Shown here one piece after another: positions 51,482-60,023 of a stretch of DNA of 64,000 nucleotides (position 1 is the first letter of the stretch; the number at the start of each line of letters is the position of its first letter). A program made the position numbers and the translations under genes. The notes under the pieces are model-generated. The model was given only the letters and a program-made list of their open reading frames with translations, ran no database searches and was not told the origin of the DNA. The stretch is taken from positions 67,407-131,406 of the forward strand of contig CP011212.1 of the NCBI GenBank assembly GCA_001029715.1, read 5' to 3'. This stretch comes from a candidate division TM6 bacterium GW2011_GWF2_28_16. Lineage in GTDB: Bacteria; Patescibacteriota; Microgenomatia; UBA1400; PJMF01.

Positions 51482-52594
51482 ATGACTGATAAAACGGTCA
51501 AGAAATTACAAACTATGGAGGAACTCTTAACTGCTAACGCAGGTAAGCTAGTGATCCCAAAAAAAGGTGACACCATTTCTGGAGTCATTGTTGAAAAAAA
51601 TAAAAAGAGTTTAATCATTGATTTAGGCTCTAAAACTGAAGGCATTGTTGCCGAAAAAGAATTCGAATTTGCCGTCGATTTTGTCAAAGAACTCAAAGAA
51701 GGTGACGAGGTTAAAGCAATTGTTATCTCAACTGATAATGATAAGGGTCAAGTCGTTCTATCTCTCAAAGGCGCTGCTTCGGATGCCAAATGGGAATATT
51801 TCGAAGAGGCTATGGAGAAGGATCAAGAAATTAAGGCTACCGGTATCGAAATGAATCGTGGTGGCTTAATTATCTTAGTCAATGGCATTCGTGCTTTTGT
51901 ACCTTCCAGCCAATTTAGTCGTAAATACATGGGTAAAATCCAAAATCTTAAAGGTGTTGATTTTCCAGTCAAAGCTATCGAAGTCGATCGCGAGAAAAAT
52001 CGTTTGATTTTCTCAGAGAGACACGTTAGTGAAGCTAAAGAATTAGCCCAAAAAGATTTGGCAGTTGCTAGTGTTGAAGAAGGCAAAATCTACGATGGCG
52101 TCGTTTCCGGAGTAATGCATTTTGGTTTATTTGTCACTGTTGAAGTTCCTGTCAAAGATTCAGAAAAAAAAGATAGTATTGGCTATGTTGAAGGTTTGAT
52201 TCATATCTCAGAAATTTCTTGGGAAAAAGTCAATCATCCAAAGGATTATCACAAAGTTGGTGATCGCATTAAGGTTAAAGTTTTGGGGATTGATGAAAAA
52301 ACCAATAAACTTAATCTTTCTATCAAGCAATTAGATGCTGATCCATGGGAGAGTATTGAAGAGCGCTATGGTGTTGGCACCACCTTTACTGGTGAAGTCA
52401 CTCGTGTAGAAGCTTTCGGTGCTTTTATCAATGTTGAAAAAGGTGTCGATGCTTTAATCCATGCCTCCAAACTTGAGGGACATGATCTCCAAGTTGGTGA
52501 AAAAGTTACGGTTAACGTTGAAAACGTTGTGCCAGAACAGCGTCGTATGAGTTTATCTATTATTGATACTTCTACACCAATTGCTTACAAGTAA
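51482..52594 (+). CDS. rpsA: 30S ribosomal protein S1 (four S1 domains)
   Basis: Repeated S1 OB-fold motifs are present (G..ISGVIV, G..Y.GVVSGVMHFGLFV, TGEVTRVEAFGAFINV). An AAGGAA Shine-Dalgarno lies upstream. Confidence 0.88.
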   Translation: MTDKTVKKLQTMEELLTANAGKLVIPKKGDTISGVIVEKNKKSLIIDLGSKTEGIVAEKEFEFAVDFVKELKEGDEVKAIVISTDNDKGQVVLSLKGAASDAKWEYFEEAMEKDQEIKATGIEMNRGGLIILVNGIRAFVPSSQFSRKYMGKIQNLKGVDFPVKAIEVDREKNRLIFSERHVSEAKELAQKDLAVASVEEGKIYDGVVSGVMHFGLFVTVEVPVKDSEKKDSIGYVEGLIHISEISWEKVNHPKDYHKVGDRIKVKVLGIDEKTNKLNLSIKQLDADPWESIEERYGVGTTFTGEVTRVEAFGAFINVEKGVDALIHASKLEGHDLQVGEKVTVNVENVVPEQRRMSLSIIDTSTPIAYK

Positions 52595-52613
52595 AATCTT
52601 TTAAGAAATAATG

Positions 52614-52646
52614 AAGAGCGCCTTTTTAAGGCGCTCTTTTATTTTT
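52614..52646. terminator. rho-independent terminator between convergent rpsA and the sugar-transferase gene
   Basis: aagagcgcc (52614-22) pairs with ggcgctctt (52630-38) as a 9-bp GC-rich stem with loop tttttaa, followed by ttatttttg. Confidence 0.85.
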
Positions 52647-52647
52647 G

Positions 52648-53310
52648 TTAACTAAATAAATTATTAATCTGTTTCAAGATTATTTTAAGAATGATCAAAG
52701 CTTGATCTTTAGTGTTCATTCTTAAACTTTCTTTTTCAAGTTTCTTCCAATAAGCAAAAGATCTATTGTGTGCTGAATCAGCTGCCCAAAGCGAAAAGAC
52801 TCCTGGTTTGACGCTATGTCTCCATTCGTACCAATTAGGATCAATTTTTTTAAGCGCCGTAGCCTCTATAGTGGGGAGAGGTCTTGGTCCAATGAGGCTC
52901 ATCTCACCTTTTAGAATATTAAGCAGTTGAGGAATTTCATCTAGACCAGAGCGAGATAAGAACTTTCCAACTTTGACTATAAGCGGCTTTTTAAAGCCGA
53001 ATATTCTGATTTCTTTTTTAAGAAAACGGGGGTCTTCTGCAATTTTAAACATTGGATTTGGAGCCTCATTTTTGCTTAGATATTTTTTTCTATTTGATTG
53101 AGCGTTTTTTTTCATGCTACGCAATTTATATAAGATAAATTTTTGTCCGTTTTTGCCGATTCTTTCTTGCTTGAAGATAATAGGCTGGCCAATAAAAAAC
53201 ATTAAAAAAGGATAAGCTAAAATTGTGAATGGAACAGCTACAAGCAGTGCTAAAACAGCAGTAATAAGGTCAAAAGCTCTTTTTTTATTAAACATAAAAG
53301 TGTCTCCCAT
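52648..53310 (-). CDS. polyprenyl-phosphate sugar-phosphate transferase (bacterial sugar transferase, WbaP C-terminal / PglC-like)
   Basis: Shows KRAFDLITAVLALLV, PIIFKQERIGKNGQKFILYKLRSM and LDEIPQLLNILKGEMSLIGPRP. Confidence 0.9.
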   Translation of the reverse strand: MGDTFMFNKKRAFDLITAVLALLVAVPFTILAYPFLMFFIGQPIIFKQERIGKNGQKFILYKLRSMKKNAQSNRKKYLSKNEAPNPMFKIAEDPRFLKKEIRIFGFKKPLIVKVGKFLSRSGLDEIPQLLNILKGEMSLIGPRPLPTIEATALKKIDPNWYEWRHSVKPGVFSLWAADSAHNRSFAYWKKLEKESLRMNTKDQALIILKIILKQINNLFS

Positions 53311-53359
53311 TCTAACCGCAAAAAACTAAAAAACCAGACGTTAAACTGTCTTTTTTCTA

Positions 53360-53525
53360 TAGCCTTTTCGAGTGGTAAAAATCACAATTTCTTCACATCT
53401 ATTTATTCATTTTTGTATGTTAGAGCTTCACTCAAGTAGGCAAAGCTACTATCGTAAATCTCTGCCTTCAAAAATAAATAAATATATGCGAAGTTATCAG
53501 TAATTTTTACCACCCGAAAAGGCTA
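53360..53525 (-). ncRNA. candidate ~166-nt rod-shaped structured RNA (6S-like sRNA or 5' leader of the sugar-transferase gene)
   Basis: The outer stem 53360-82/53503-25 is 23 bp and the inner stem 53391-414/53470-93 is 24 bp. There are 4 non-Watson-Crick positions. Three of them are A/C in plus sense and therefore G-U in minus sense. The apical part has agag/ctct and agtag/ctact helices separated by two internal loops. A minus-strand TATTAT lies about 11 nt upstream. Confidence 0.45.
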
Positions 53526-53532
53526 CTGCAAG

Positions 53533-53541
53533 TGATATAAT
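53533..53541 (+). promoter_or_regulatory. extended -10 promoter TGATATAAT, 6 nt upstream of the ATG at 53548 (leaderless geometry)
   Basis: The sequence is agTGaTATAATacgcctATG. The hexamer is at 53536-53541, and a start site about 7 nt downstream coincides with the A of the ATG. Confidence 0.45.
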
Positions 53542-53547
53542 ACGCCT

Positions 53548-53715
53548 ATGGCAAAACAAAGAATGATTGTTACAGACGACCAACTATTAATCGACATGGA
53601 TCTATTATTTAATGCGATTCGCGAAGCCAAAGGTAATTGGCAGCAAGTCGAACAAGAAATGAAGCAATATTTAGCTGCTGTTCAAGGCATGACCAACGAA
53701 GCTAACGAAGAATAA
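53548..53715 (+). CDS. un-called 55-aa acidic helical protein
   Basis: Hand-translated: MAKQRMIVTDDQLLIDMDLLFNAIREAKGNWQQVEQEMKQYLAAVQGMTNEANEE. It fills an otherwise empty 450-nt gap and has a promoter directly upstream. Confidence 0.45.
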   Translation: MAKQRMIVTDDQLLIDMDLLFNAIREAKGNWQQVEQEMKQYLAAVQGMTNEANEE

Positions 53716-53768
53716 GCTCGCCTCATTTTTTATAATCTGTTTTCTGCCCTAAACAAGAAGGTAGTTTA

Positions 53769-54452
53769 ATGTCAGACAAAAATAATCAAGAAAATCTCAC
53801 TCCAGAAGTTGTCAAAGTTCCTTTGGTAATTGCCTGCGGTGATGAGGGTGTACAAATCAACGTCGGTCGTCGCTTGGCTTTTTTAGGCGCAGGCTTGAAA
53901 TTAGAGGGTTTTGATAAGGTTTTAGTAGCTGTGCGTAAAATGCTTGAATCCTACAGCGATCAATCAGATCGTCAATTGCGTTTAGTTGCCAGTGAAGAAA
54001 ATTCTTATGTCAAGGAAGTTTTAGGTCTCAATGATTTTGATGAAGCTAATGCTAGCATGCAACAGCATTTACAGGCTTTATCAGATAAAGAAAACTTGCT
54101 TTATGTCGGAATTTTGCCTTTTGCCGATCCTTTAGAACTAAAACATGGGATCAAAGGTCACATGGTTCGTCCTCGCAATATTCATATTGCTAATAAAATT
54201 TGCTTTACCTTGTCAGGTGGTGAAACTACTTACAACCTTGGTCAATATTTGATCTCAGCTGATTGGTTGGCTTTTGCCGATAAAGATTTAGTCAAGTCAG
54301 TCATAGATACTCAGGTTAAATTTTACGAAAAATTAGCCAAGAGACCTTTGAAGTTTGTGATTGAAGAAGCAGGAGATCTGCCAAGCGAGATAGTTGCGAA
54401 GAATAAAACCATTCTATTTAGCTTAGGTTATAATTTCTCTTTAGATGTCTAA
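53769..54452 (+). CDS. hypothetical protein
   Basis: 227 aa, soluble, with no recognisable motif. It overlaps the next gene by 8 nt. Confidence 0.55.
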   Translation: MSDKNNQENLTPEVVKVPLVIACGDEGVQINVGRRLAFLGAGLKLEGFDKVLVAVRKMLESYSDQSDRQLRLVASEENSYVKEVLGLNDFDEANASMQQHLQALSDKENLLYVGILPFADPLELKHGIKGHMVRPRNIHIANKICFTLSGGETTYNLGQYLISADWLAFADKDLVKSVIDTQVKFYEKLAKRPLKFVIEEAGDLPSEIVAKNKTILFSLGYNFSLDV

Positions 54453-54807
54453 ATCTAAATCATCAAATCAAGCCATTTCTTTATTTAGTGAATTTGAAGA
54501 TGCTAAACCAGCCCAGGAGAGAAAACGTCAACAAACAGAATTTACCTCGACTAAAGATTTGCTTGTTAAATATCAAGTCAATGAAACAAATAAGCATATT
54601 TCTCACGAATTTCAAAGCTTTGGTTGCCATTTGGCAGAAGCCTTAGCAGACAAGCGTCACACCTCGTTGTATATTAAGTTAGCCAAAACAGTTTCGCGTG
54701 GTCTTTTAGAACGAGCTTTAAGTTTTGTAACTGATTCAACTGCAGATAATAAAGCCAAGCTTTTCATGTGGAAGTTGGAGCAATTAAAAAAAGCTAAATC
54801 GACTTAA
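54445..54807 (+). CDS. hypothetical protein (basic, helical)
   Basis: 120 aa. The C-terminal half (SLYIKLAKTVSRGLLERALSFV...NKAKLFMWKLEQLKK) looks like an HTH or helical bundle. No family assigned. Confidence 0.5.
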   Translation: MSKSKSSNQAISLFSEFEDAKPAQERKRQQTEFTSTKDLLVKYQVNETNKHISHEFQSFGCHLAEALADKRHTSLYIKLAKTVSRGLLERALSFVTDSTADNKAKLFMWKLEQLKKAKST

Positions 54808-54809
54808 TT

Positions 54810-55970
54810 ATGAAACACTGGACAACTAAATTACTAATTTTTTTCCTTTTTCTTCTAGTTTTAGTTTCTGCTTATAATTATTTTAAGAAACCTTTCTTTA
54901 AAAGTTCAGATGTTGTTTCTGAAGATTTGAGTCCTACTCCGACACCAACTCCGAGTAAAGCTCCTAAGAAAGAATTAAATAGTAAAGAGAAAGTTTCTCA
55001 ACTATTAGCAATTCCAGTCGACATTAATGAACTAGATGAAGATAGTAGTGCTAGTGCCAAAATCTTGCGTTTTATTGAGGACAATGATCCTGGCTTTGTC
55101 TTATATTTTGGTGAAAAAATTTCTACAGAGTCAGCTGCTTTAGCCACGATTAAGATTAATGGTCTTTTTACTGAAAAAGATTATTTGCCACTTATTGCAG
55201 TTGACCACGAAGGTGGTCTAGTCCAGCGTTTAAGTGGAGAAGGTTTCACCAAGCTAGATTCTTGGCAAAAAATAGTTAGTACTTACTCAGTAACTCAGCA
55301 AAAAGCTATTTTTAATCAATCAGCTCGAGAACTGGAGTCAGCTGGAATCAACATTGTTTTTGCTCCGGTAGTTGACTTAGCTTCAAACAGTGCAGTTCTT
55401 AAAACAAGAGCTGCCAGCGATTCTGAAGAGACTTACTTTGCTACCAGTAATTTTATTTATGCTTTTTCTCAAAATGGAGTTATGCCAGTCATTAAACACT
55501 TTCCTGGTATAGGTTCTATAAGCAAAGATCCTCACAATGCAGTCTCCACAATTAGTTTGAGTAAAGACGATACGGCAATTTTTAGTAAGATTTTAGATAA
55601 ATTCAACAACATCGGAGTAATGACCACTCACGTGCGTTTGGAAAATAAATTGTCTGGAGAGATTTGTAGTTTAAGTGAAGAGTGCTTGGCTCAGTTTAAG
55701 CAGTCTTATCCAAAAGTTTTGCTTTTCACTGACGATCTAACAATGAAAGCAGCCAGAGCTCAAGAATCTGGAGAAGGAGAAAGGGATATTTCTGAAGTAG
55801 CAATTGAAGCAGTCAAAGCAGGGAATAATGTTTTAGTTTTTGGCAGAGGAATTGATTCCTCCGTACTTGAAAAAATTATTTATGCTTTACAACAAGAATA
55901 TGATGACTCAGAAAGCTTTAGAGCAAAGGTAGATAATTCAGTAGAGAAGATTTTAAGCCTAAAGAAATGA
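54810..55970 (+). CDS. glycoside hydrolase family 3 N-terminal domain protein (NagZ-like beta-N-acetylhexosaminidase), membrane-anchored
   Basis: An N-terminal TM is followed by AVDHEGGLVQRL, KHFPGIGS and TDDLTM. Confidence 0.82.
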   Translation: MKHWTTKLLIFFLFLLVLVSAYNYFKKPFFKSSDVVSEDLSPTPTPTPSKAPKKELNSKEKVSQLLAIPVDINELDEDSSASAKILRFIEDNDPGFVLYFGEKISTESAALATIKINGLFTEKDYLPLIAVDHEGGLVQRLSGEGFTKLDSWQKIVSTYSVTQQKAIFNQSARELESAGINIVFAPVVDLASNSAVLKTRAASDSEETYFATSNFIYAFSQNGVMPVIKHFPGIGSISKDPHNAVSTISLSKDDTAIFSKILDKFNNIGVMTTHVRLENKLSGEICSLSEECLAQFKQSYPKVLLFTDDLTMKAARAQESGEGERDISEVAIEAVKAGNNVLVFGRGIDSSVLEKIIYALQQEYDDSESFRAKVDNSVEKILSLKK

Positions 55971-56473
55971 AGCAAATTTTTACCAAGAAACAAATCGTTT
56001 TTAAACTCATTTTTTCTTTTTTATTTTTGATTTCTTTAGTAATTTTTTATAAAGCTTGGCAAAATGTTAGTACCTTAATTGCTTTTGTTCTAGCTTATTC
56101 AGTTGCTGTTTTTTTACTCTATTTAGATGAACAATTTTTGTATAAGTTTTATGTAGAAAAGATTGATAATGGAGAGGAAAGATCTTCGCATTTTCCAGCA
56201 CTCGCTAGCCGAAACTTCTTCTTTATTTTAATGTTACCTTTTCTAAGTATTTTTGTTTTAACTTCATCAGGAAGTGTTTTAGGGATTGCTTTGATTTTGG
56301 CAATTAACTTTTATTTATTAATTGAAGTGTGGCAATTACGTGATGAATTTTTACTTTTCAAAGATCGTTTTCTAGCACTTTCAAAAATAAAAACTAACAG
56401 CAGAATGGTTCGTAAAATTTCTTGGATTGCTTTATTTTACTTTGTTTTTTTGCTAATCATTTTATATTTTTAA
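55967..56473 (+). CDS. hypothetical multi-pass membrane protein
   Basis: 168 aa with 4-5 hydrophobic helices and a 4-nt overlap with the GH3 gene. Confidence 0.5.
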   Translation: MKQIFTKKQIVFKLIFSFLFLISLVIFYKAWQNVSTLIAFVLAYSVAVFLLYLDEQFLYKFYVEKIDNGEERSSHFPALASRNFFFILMLPFLSIFVLTSSGSVLGIALILAINFYLLIEVWQLRDEFLLFKDRFLALSKIKTNSRMVRKISWIALFYFVFLLIILYF

Positions 56474-56474
56474 T

Positions 56475-56972
56475 ATGAAAAAGGTTTTTTTTATTTTTGC
56501 TCTATTTAGTCTTTTTATTTTTTCCATTTATTTTTTCTATCGAAGCTATGCTTTTATTTTTTTTGTAAAAGATAGACAAGTAATTAAGCTAGTTTTAAAA
56601 GAGAATTTTTTTGCTAGTAAAGAAAAGGAACTTTTAGTTGAAGTAGTTAGAACCAAACAGAGTACCACGGAGGGTCTTTCTAATCGTAAAAGTTTAGAAA
56701 GTGTAAACGGTCAAAAGATCGACGGTCTTCTTTTTATTTTTCCAGAGAAAACAGTTCGTCGATTTTGGATGAAAGAAATGCTATTTAATATTGACATCTG
56801 TTGGCTAAACAACTTGGATTTTCTTTCCTGTCAGAGATCAGCTCAGCTTCCTTCACCAGGTGAAGACTTAAAAATTTATAGCTCCAATTCAGACTCTAAT
56901 GTAGTTCTAGAAACCAACCCAAATCGATTGAGCGATGATGATCTCAAACTAAAGCTCTTCTTCCAGTGGTAA
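56475..56972 (+). CDS. DUF192 domain protein
   Basis: A signal/TM segment is followed by TEGLSNRKSL...DGLLFIFPEK..RRFWMKEMLFNIDICWL, matching the DUF192 core (GLM.R..L....GMLF.F......FWMKNT..PLDI). Confidence 0.7.
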   Translation: MKKVFFIFALFSLFIFSIYFFYRSYAFIFFVKDRQVIKLVLKENFFASKEKELLVEVVRTKQSTTEGLSNRKSLESVNGQKIDGLLFIFPEKTVRRFWMKEMLFNIDICWLNNLDFLSCQRSAQLPSPGEDLKIYSSNSDSNVVLETNPNRLSDDDLKLKLFFQW

Positions 56973-57685
56973 AGAAAAAACGTTATGATAAATGCGTGAC
57001 AAATAATCACTCCTTACAGAGGATGTTTTCTAGTTCTGATCCAGGCAAATATCCAACTATTGGTAGGTTTTTGCCGTCGGCCACCAAGCAACAGGCTGTT
57101 TTTCCTGCAGCAAGCAAGAAGGCAGATGATCAAAAGGAAGATAAAAATGATTTAGATTTACTTGATCAATTAGTAAGTCAGACTATTTTAAGTCGTGTTG
57201 ATACTTCGTCAGTTGCTCAAGCTCCTCAGGTTTCAAGCCAGACAACTGCTCGCGCCAAAGAGTTTTTAGCTAATCAGGTAGTTACAGAGTCGCCTATTGT
57301 AAACGCAGAAATTAATACCGAGGCAACTGCTGAATCTACTTCTGAGTCCGCTATCGAGTCTGCTCCTGAAGTTACAGTGACTCCAGAAATGGCAGAACTT
57401 TCCAAAGAATTAAAAGAAGTTTCTAGTGAAACTAAAGAGCAACGTGAGCAAGCGGCGATTAAAGAAAAACAACAAGAGATCAATAATTTAGCTGCAACAG
57501 TCACTACTCCCGTGGCAGTTTCAGATAAACCAGTGGTGGTTTTGCCAATTACAGCAAAAAGTAAAGAAGAGGCAAAATTTAAGAGTACTAAATATAGTGT
57601 AAAGTGGTTGGTGGAATGGTGTGTAAAAGTTGCTAAAATGTTTTCTGGAGCAGTAATTTATAAAGAAGAAATAGCAGATGAATGA
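56966..57685 (+). CDS. hypothetical protein with S/T/E/A-rich low-complexity centre
   Basis: GTG start, with ATG 57023 as an alternative. There is an 8-nt overlap with the downstream ATPase gene. No family recognised. Confidence 0.45.
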   Translation: MVKKKRYDKCVTNNHSLQRMFSSSDPGKYPTIGRFLPSATKQQAVFPAASKKADDQKEDKNDLDLLDQLVSQTILSRVDTSSVAQAPQVSSQTTARAKEFLANQVVTESPIVNAEINTEATAESTSESAIESAPEVTVTPEMAELSKELKEVSSETKEQREQAAIKEKQQEINNLAATVTTPVAVSDKPVVVLPITAKSKEEAKFKSTKYSVKWLVEWCVKVAKMFSGAVIYKEEIADE

Positions 57686-60020
57686 ACAAAGCCAAAATCT
57701 ACTATCAAATTTAAATAGTTTTTTTATTACCTTTTTTTTATGGATTGGTTTGCTGGTTTTAATAGTTCTAATAGTTTTATTAATTGCTTCTTTGATTAAG
57801 AACCAGCGTCGAGAAAATTACGTACTGAATTTCGTTACTCTCCTTGTAAAGTTGCCAAAGGGTAATGAGATTAAAATTGATGCTGCAGAGCAAATGTTTG
57901 CCGGACTTTATTCGCTTAAGAAAGAAGGTTTTTTCTCTTTTCTTAAACCAGAAGACACCATCAGTTTTGAAATAGTAGGTATGAAAGAAGATATTGCTTT
58001 TTATGTGACTTGTCACAAAGCAATTCGCGATTTTGTAGAAAAACAAGTTAATGGTGCTTATCCATTGGCTGAAATTAGTGAAATGGATGAGGTCAATATT
58101 TTTAATGAAAAAGGTCGAGTAGCTTTTGCCCCGATTAAACTAGAAAAAGCTAATTTTTATCCAATTAAAACTTACAAAGATCTCCCAACTGATGGCTTAT
58201 CTTTGATTACTTCTGCTATGTCAAAAATGAGTGATGGTGAGGGCGCAACCTTGCAAATTTTAATGAGACCAGAGGGGAAACGTTGGCAAACGAGCGGTCA
58301 GAAATACAATCAAAAAGAAAAAAAGCGCGAATCAGATCCAGATAAAGCTAACTACACTCACGATCCAAAAGAAGTTGAAGCAGTTAATAACAAAGTTGGT
58401 AAATCAGGTTTTAGAGTTTCAATTCGAGCGGTAGTGTCAGCACAAAATGCAACTACAGCGCAATCCAATCTCAATAATATCGTTGGTGCTTTTTCGCAGT
58501 TCAGTTCTACTTATAACAAATTCAAAAAACCTAATTTTTTACTTTTCAAACATTTATTCATGATTGATTTTATTTATCGCTACATGCCGATTTTTAATGC
58601 CAATACAATGATTCTGAATACTGAGGAATTAGCCACAGTCATGCATTTTCCAAATAAAACTGTCGAGACGCATCACATTCGCAAGTTGACTGCTAAAAAT
58701 GCTCCAGCTCCAAACAAGATTCCTACTTCTGGCTTGTTTATGGGTAAATCGATCTATCGTGGCGAAGAAAGAGATATTTATGCAGGTCTCAATGATCGCC
58801 GTCGTCACACCTACATCATTGGTAAAACTGGTACTGGTAAGTCAGAATTTCTTAAGGACATGGTTTTACAAGATATAGAGGCTGGGCATGGTGTAGCAGT
58901 CATCGATCCTCACGGTGATTTAGTTGATGATGTTTTGCAATTAATGCCTCCAGAAAGAGCTGAGGATGTGATCTATTTCAATCCTTCTGATTTGACTAGA
59001 CCGCTTGGACTCAACATTATGGAAGCCGAGACAGAAGAGCAAATGCACTTTGTAGCGAGTTCCATTATTGGCTTAATGTATAAGCTCTATGATCCTCACC
59101 ACACTGGTATCGTCGGTCCTCGTTTTGAGCACGCTATTCGTAATGCCATGTTAACCATTATGTGCAAGCCTGGTAGTACCTTTATTGAAATGGTGCGTGT
59201 TTTAACCGATGCAAAATTTGTTGAAGAATATTTGCCATTAATTAAAGATGGTATGGTTAAGCGTTATTGGACCGATCAGATTGCCAATACCAGTGATTTC
59301 CATAAGTCAGAGGTAATGGATTACATTGTTTCTAAGTTTGGCAAATTCGTGACCAATAAAACCATGCGCAATATCATTGGTCAGCCTGTTAGTTCTTTTG
59401 ATTTTCGCAAAGCCATGGATGAAAAGAAAATTGTGCTTTGTAATTTATCTAAAGGTATTTTAGGCGAAGAAGATGCTAAATTTCTTGGTTTGATTTTGGT
59501 ACCAAAAATTCTGGCTGCCGCCATGAGTCGTCAGAATGTTCCCATGGAGCAACGTCCTGACTTCTTTCTCTATGTTGATGAGTTTCAGAACTTTGCTACT
59601 GAAGATTTTGCAGCTATTCTTTCTGAGGCTCGTAAATATCGCTTAAATTTAATTGTTGCTAACCAGTTTATTGGTCAGATTGATGAAGAAATCAAAAATG
59701 CTGTTTTTGGTAACGTTGGCACAATGGTTTCTTTCCGCGTTGGTGTAACTGACGCTAACTTCTTACAACATGAGTTTGCCCCAACTTTCTCTGAAAATGA
59801 TTTAACCAACGTAGAAAAATACCATGCTTATATTAAGACAATCGTTGATAATGAGCCAGTTTCAGCTTTCAGCATGTCTCTCTATAAGGATATTAAAGCT
59901 CAGGAAGCCAGAATGAATCCTAAATTAGCTGAAATGATTAAGCAGCTTTCACGTCTTAAATATGGCAAAGATAAAGAATTGGTGGAGGCAGAAATTAATC
60001 AAAGAGCGAGGTTACTCTGA
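57678..60020 (+). CDS. T4SS coupling-protein-like AAA ATPase (VirD4/TraD/TrwB-type DNA-binding-domain family), N-terminal TM
   Basis: The TM is FFITFFLWIGLLVLIVLIVLLIASLI. Walker A is IIGKTGTGKSEF, followed by VIDPHGDL. Walker B is FLYVDEFQNFAT, followed by ARKYRLNLIVANQ. Confidence 0.68.
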   Translation: MNEQSQNLLSNLNSFFITFFLWIGLLVLIVLIVLLIASLIKNQRRENYVLNFVTLLVKLPKGNEIKIDAAEQMFAGLYSLKKEGFFSFLKPEDTISFEIVGMKEDIAFYVTCHKAIRDFVEKQVNGAYPLAEISEMDEVNIFNEKGRVAFAPIKLEKANFYPIKTYKDLPTDGLSLITSAMSKMSDGEGATLQILMRPEGKRWQTSGQKYNQKEKKRESDPDKANYTHDPKEVEAVNNKVGKSGFRVSIRAVVSAQNATTAQSNLNNIVGAFSQFSSTYNKFKKPNFLLFKHLFMIDFIYRYMPIFNANTMILNTEELATVMHFPNKTVETHHIRKLTAKNAPAPNKIPTSGLFMGKSIYRGEERDIYAGLNDRRRHTYIIGKTGTGKSEFLKDMVLQDIEAGHGVAVIDPHGDLVDDVLQLMPPERAEDVIYFNPSDLTRPLGLNIMEAETEEQMHFVASSIIGLMYKLYDPHHTGIVGPRFEHAIRNAMLTIMCKPGSTFIEMVRVLTDAKFVEEYLPLIKDGMVKRYWTDQIANTSDFHKSEVMDYIVSKFGKFVTNKTMRNIIGQPVSSFDFRKAMDEKKIVLCNLSKGILGEEDAKFLGLILVPKILAAAMSRQNVPMEQRPDFFLYVDEFQNFATEDFAAILSEARKYRLNLIVANQFIGQIDEEIKNAVFGNVGTMVSFRVGVTDANFLQHEFAPTFSENDLTNVEKYHAYIKTIVDNEPVSAFSMSLYKDIKAQEARMNPKLAEMIKQLSRLKYGKDKELVEAEINQRARLL

Positions 60021-60023
60021 GGT

